This document shows positions 60,918 to 64,000 of a stretch of 64,000 nucleotides of DNA, piece after piece; the first letter of the stretch is position 1, and the number at the start of each line of letters is the position of its first letter. Under the pieces are notes generated by a model. The model saw nothing but the letters and a program-made list of their open reading frames with translations. It was not told where the DNA came from and searched no databases. The translations under genes were made by a program, and so were the position numbers. This DNA comes from Trypanosoma brucei. Taxonomy: Eukaryota. The DNA lies in the NCBI GenBank assembly GCA_000002445.1, contig CM000208.1:1536001-1600000 (forward strand), written 5' to 3'.

Positions 60918-62020
60918 TTAGAGAATAAGGGAGTTTACCCGAGGCAAAAGCATTCCCGACATTGCACAAATTACAATGAAGGTGCCTGTAGTTTTATCAT
61001 ACCTTTACCTCCTTTGGAATTTCCGTTGGGCCCCACCAAAGACTGTACGATAAGGGAAACATCCCTGTATTCACGTTAAGGTCAAAAACGAAACGAAAAT
61101 AGTAAACATTAAAGGCACCGGGTGCTCCTGACCGCGGCAGCCTGTGATCTAGGGTTTGAATTTTTTTTTTCACGTCATCAGCCGCATCAGTGAACACGCA
61201 ACCAACTGAAACGCAAGGACGTCGCTCGGTTTCGTGTTCCCAACGTTTGCGGGGAACCCTCACTGCAAAAGCAGCACCCATGCGCTAATACTGCATGCGG
61301 AACAGATGAGGAGAACGTGTAGTGCATAAGCAAACAGAAGGAAGGTATCCACCAAAGCAGTGAAAAACAAAAAAAGTTGTTTGTGTGTCCCATGACACAC
61401 AATCACTCCCTCCATCTCTTCCCTCTCTTTTACTCTACGGTTGTACTCAGTAACACGGCGAAGCAGCAACTTCTCACACACTCATCTGGTTCACAGCCTC
61501 ATCTAAGTGTCCCTCCTTTTCCTCATTCATTTCTAAGAGGTCCACTTCATATATACTTTGTTCCGATTTTATTGTCACTGTTATTTATAAACGTGCCGGC
61601 ATTTCGACCGGTGCACCCATATCTCCAGAACCCATACGTCTATCGGGCTTCGAAGGATGAGGGCCCATTTTGAATGCAGCGCAAAACGGTTGTTTTGCAA
61701 GCAGAAACAACGGACAATGAAGACGACACATCCGTAAAAATGAGTACAAGTGGACCGAGGCCACCCCAATGGATAGAGGAATATGGAATAAGATAAAGTT
61801 ACAGCACCTCACAAACAAGGAAAAGGGGAAAGAATACAAATAAAAGTGAACAAAAAAGCTTGGGTGAAGAGAGAGGTGGAGAAACAAAAAGAAAACGCTC
61901 AGACAATCGCGCGCGAGCACCATAACAGGCGGCATTACAATAAGGAACCGCTACCATATCTCCGTCTAATGTAATATTTGTGCGCACACACACACAATTC
62001 ACACCACACCAAACCACAGC

Positions 62021-64000
62021 CTAAACGATTTCCAACGAATATTGCGGATCGCGAGCATACTCAGGCACGGGGGGCGCTGTGACATCGGAGCGCCAGGTGT
62101 TACCAACCTCCCCATCGACATTAGCCCCCATTATACCATTGCCCCGCACCCTCCGTTCATTGTTCGTCAACGAAGATACGCCATTTGGATCTCGTGCACC
62201 CATGGCTTGCCGCAACTCCAGCGTAGTTGTCCCGGTACCCTGTTCCACAAAAAAACGTGGAACGACACCCTGAGGAAACATGGCTACACCGCCAGACGTA
62301 GTAGTGGCAACTTCTCCACCAAAAGTTGGGGAAACACTTGTCGCACCACTATGTCCCAGCAACGCCTCCAGCTCACGAAGAGCGGCGGAAGTCTCCTGCT
62401 GGGGCAGAAGCGTGGTTGTAGCGCCTCTATTTTCATAGCACTGTTTTGCGTCGTCGTGGTGGCCACCATTTTGGCCCTGCTCAGGTTGGGGGGAATATGT
62501 GACTAGCTGTCCAGGATTACCAGCCCCAGCCCCTTCCACGCGGTTTTTCTTCTCCGCGGTCATGCGACAAGCGCTCCCTTCAGCCTCACCTCCATCTTGT
62601 GCCCTCTTGCGGTCAGCCGTGTTCACCATGTTAACGTGGGCCACCACAAGCCTCCCAGGAACCTGCGGACGGGACGAATGCGGCAAGTCGTAGTTGTTGG
62701 CCCTCCCCTCTACTACAACGGGAAGAATAGCAGCATGAGGAGCGACCGCGGCAGTGGACACAAGGTTGTGTTGGGAAGCGGTACCCCTGTCAAAACCATA
62801 CACAGCAAGATCCCCGCGCCTCTCTCCCTCCGTGGCCAACACTTGCCGTCTTGCTGGAGGTCCAGCGCACTCCCCGTAATGTCGGCGTTCATCCTGTCGC
62901 TGAAGCTCATCGAAGACATCCCCCGCGGTTTGGTACGTAGCAAAAAACTGAAGAGCAAGTGCCGATGGGACGGTGACACAGTTCGCAGAATTAGTTCCCT
63001 GTAGAGGTGGCACAGTTGTATCGTCAATAGGTTCCTCGTCACCCTCACTGAACACGCTCATCTCATGCCACGTGCTGTTTGCACCGATGTCCCCGATGGC
63101 AGTAGATGCCTCTTTAAGCATTTCAGAAAACCGTTTACTCCGACCAGGGTTGCTCTCAACCAGCACCGCCTCGGGAAAAGTAGAAGCTGCTACGTTGCTC
63201 AGCTGTCCATTTGGACTCGTCGCGGGGTTTATCCTCTTTACTTGTCCTTCCTGAGGGCTAGTTTGGATCCCTTTCGAGACCGTTGGAGCCCTCCCCGTTA
63301 GAATGGTTTCAGCACCCTCAGCTTGGCGATATGATTCGTTGAGTCTCTCCTGTGCTTTTGATAAAGGAGTAATACCGCCTTGTTTACGACCACTCGCGTC
63401 GGCAGCCCCGGTGCCGCTGTCAAACGCGGGCGGTAAGCCGCACGACCCTCCACTGGAACATGGTGAAAGACTGTCCGCCGACGATGTCACTGTATCCTGG
63501 AGTTGGCTGGAAAATGTGGTGTTAGCGTGGGGGCGCCGTGTTAGTGTCACCTCTACCTTCTGCTCGTTTCTCCGCTGAAGGTGCAACGGTATCGGTGCGG
63601 GAACTGCATCAAAATCACCATGAGACATCGTCAGGTCGTCGAACACATTGTCGTCTGATGGTCGTTGCAACTCCTCCAGTGAATAGGAAAACAATTCACC
63701 GCCCTGATAGGGCGTGCCATCAGGCTGGGCGACGTCGCACACTTCGACAGACACCCCCGCCCCCTCCTCTTCTTCGTTATCTAGTGAATCACCAGCACCA
63801 AGCATGTCCGCAATCTCATCACAACTCTCACCAACGGTCTCCTTTACAACAAACTTTGTACGCTTCAGCAGCCTCACCAGCAAGCGAAAAAATACCACAT
63901 TCTCATCACGTATCTCCCTAGCCATATCGTTAATTCGTCCAACTTGCATCTTTATCTCCTGCACAGCCTTTGAGACTGCCTCTCCAAAGTGGTGGGCATC
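62021..64000 (-). CDS. Hypothetical protein, probably 5'-truncated by the window edge (at least 642 aa), Ser/Thr/Gly-rich disordered body with a coiled-coil-like N-terminal segment
   Basis: The minus-strand reading frame stays open from 62021 to the window end at 64000; I see no in-frame stop between 63965 and 64000. The ORF-track start at 63964 is GTG. An in-frame ATG exists at 63949, but the real start may lie beyond the window. Confidence 0.45.
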   Translation of the reverse strand, partial: DAHHFGEAVSKAVQEIKMQVGRINDMAREIRDENVVFFRLLVRLLKRTKFVVKETVGESCDEIADMLGAGDSLDNEEEEGAGVSVEVCDVAQPDGTPYQGGELFSYSLEELQRPSDDNVFDDLTMSHGDFDAVPAPIPLHLQRRNEQKVEVTLTRRPHANTTFSSQLQDTVTSSADSLSPCSSGGSCGLPPAFDSGTGAADASGRKQGGITPLSKAQERLNESYRQAEGAETILTGRAPTVSKGIQTSPQEGQVKRINPATSPNGQLSNVAASTFPEAVLVESNPGRSKRFSEMLKEASTAIGDIGANSTWHEMSVFSEGDEEPIDDTTVPPLQGTNSANCVTVPSALALQFFATYQTAGDVFDELQRQDERRHYGECAGPPARRQVLATEGERRGDLAVYGFDRGTASQHNLVSTAAVAPHAAILPVVVEGRANNYDLPHSSRPQVPGRLVVAHVNMVNTADRKRAQDGGEAEGSACRMTAEKKNRVEGAGAGNPGQLVTYSPQPEQGQNGGHHDDAKQCYENRGATTTLLPQQETSAALRELEALLGHSGATSVSPTFGGEVATTTSGGVAMFPQGVVPRFFVEQGTGTTTLELRQAMGARDPNGVSSLTNNERRVRGNGIMGANVDGEVGNTWRSDVTAPPVPEYARDPQYSLEIV

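Noticed and set aside
61100-61174. Possible Pol III-type small RNA: GC-rich segment 'ggcaccgggtgctcctgaccgcggcagcctgtgatctagggtttgaa' ending in a T10 run, with a weak box-B-like 'GGGTTTGAA'
   Set aside because: No convincing box A is present. The box-B resemblance is partial (GGTTCGAnTCC expected). No tRNA-like cloverleaf can be drawn, and the T-run is on the non-transcribed strand relative to the gene array. This is most likely ordinary 3'UTR sequence of the upstream gene. A vault-RNA or tRNA covariance-model scan would settle it.
1-64000. Searched for tRNA genes, rRNA, spliced-leader RNA genes, retrotransposons (ingi/RIME/SLACS-like), VSG/ESAG or RHS elements, CRISPR arrays, IS elements, and prokaryotic defence or operon systems
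   Set aside because: No T-loop/anticodon-arm-like tRNA structures or GGTTCGAATCC boxes were spotted in the intergenic regions. No long terminal or dispersed repeats, no reverse-transcriptase motifs and no direct-repeat/spacer periodicity are present. CRISPR, IS and defence systems are not expected in a kinetoplastid nuclear polycistron.

Overview
This window reads as nuclear DNA from a kinetoplastid, most likely a Trypanosoma brucei-group trypanosome. Every convincing coding region lies on the minus strand, giving about 21 intron-less genes in one head-to-tail array, the pattern of a single polycistronic transcription unit. Plus-strand runs of purines (polypyrimidine on the coding strand) sit upstream of the start codons, and (TA)n, (CA)n/(GT)n and (CAT)n microsatellites fill the gaps between genes. 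I found no tRNA or rRNA gene, CRISPR array, IS element or retroelement, and nothing resembling a prokaryotic defence or operon system, which a eukaryotic window is not expected to carry.

Genes I could name from motifs:
- ATP23 mitochondrial metalloprotease (HExxH)
- GPI-GlcNAc transferase subunit PIG-C/GPI2
- a 3241-aa BEACH-domain protein (ConA-like, PH-BEACH, WD40 architecture)
- a GabD-like succinate-semialdehyde dehydrogenase with a mitochondrial presequence
- a TPR protein
- an XRN-family 5'-3' exoribonuclease
- a MORN-repeat protein
- an atypical small GTPase ending in a CaaX box
- two DEAD-box helicases (HAS1/DDX18-like and RRP3/DDX47-like)
- Nt-glutamine amidohydrolase NTAQ1 (WDYHV)
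- mitochondrial ribosomal protein uS5
- major vault protein
- a NOC3-like protein
- several hypothetical proteins

The supplied ORF track accepts GTG/TTG as starts, so many N-termini were trimmed to the first in-frame ATG. The most interesting unexplained item is a 104-codon minus-strand ORF at 33187..33501 inside a 2.3-kb 'intergenic' stretch. It has a true ATG, a mitochondrial-like presequence, one transmembrane helix and upstream trans-splicing signals. All functional calls rest on motifs recalled from memory and need a database search to confirm.
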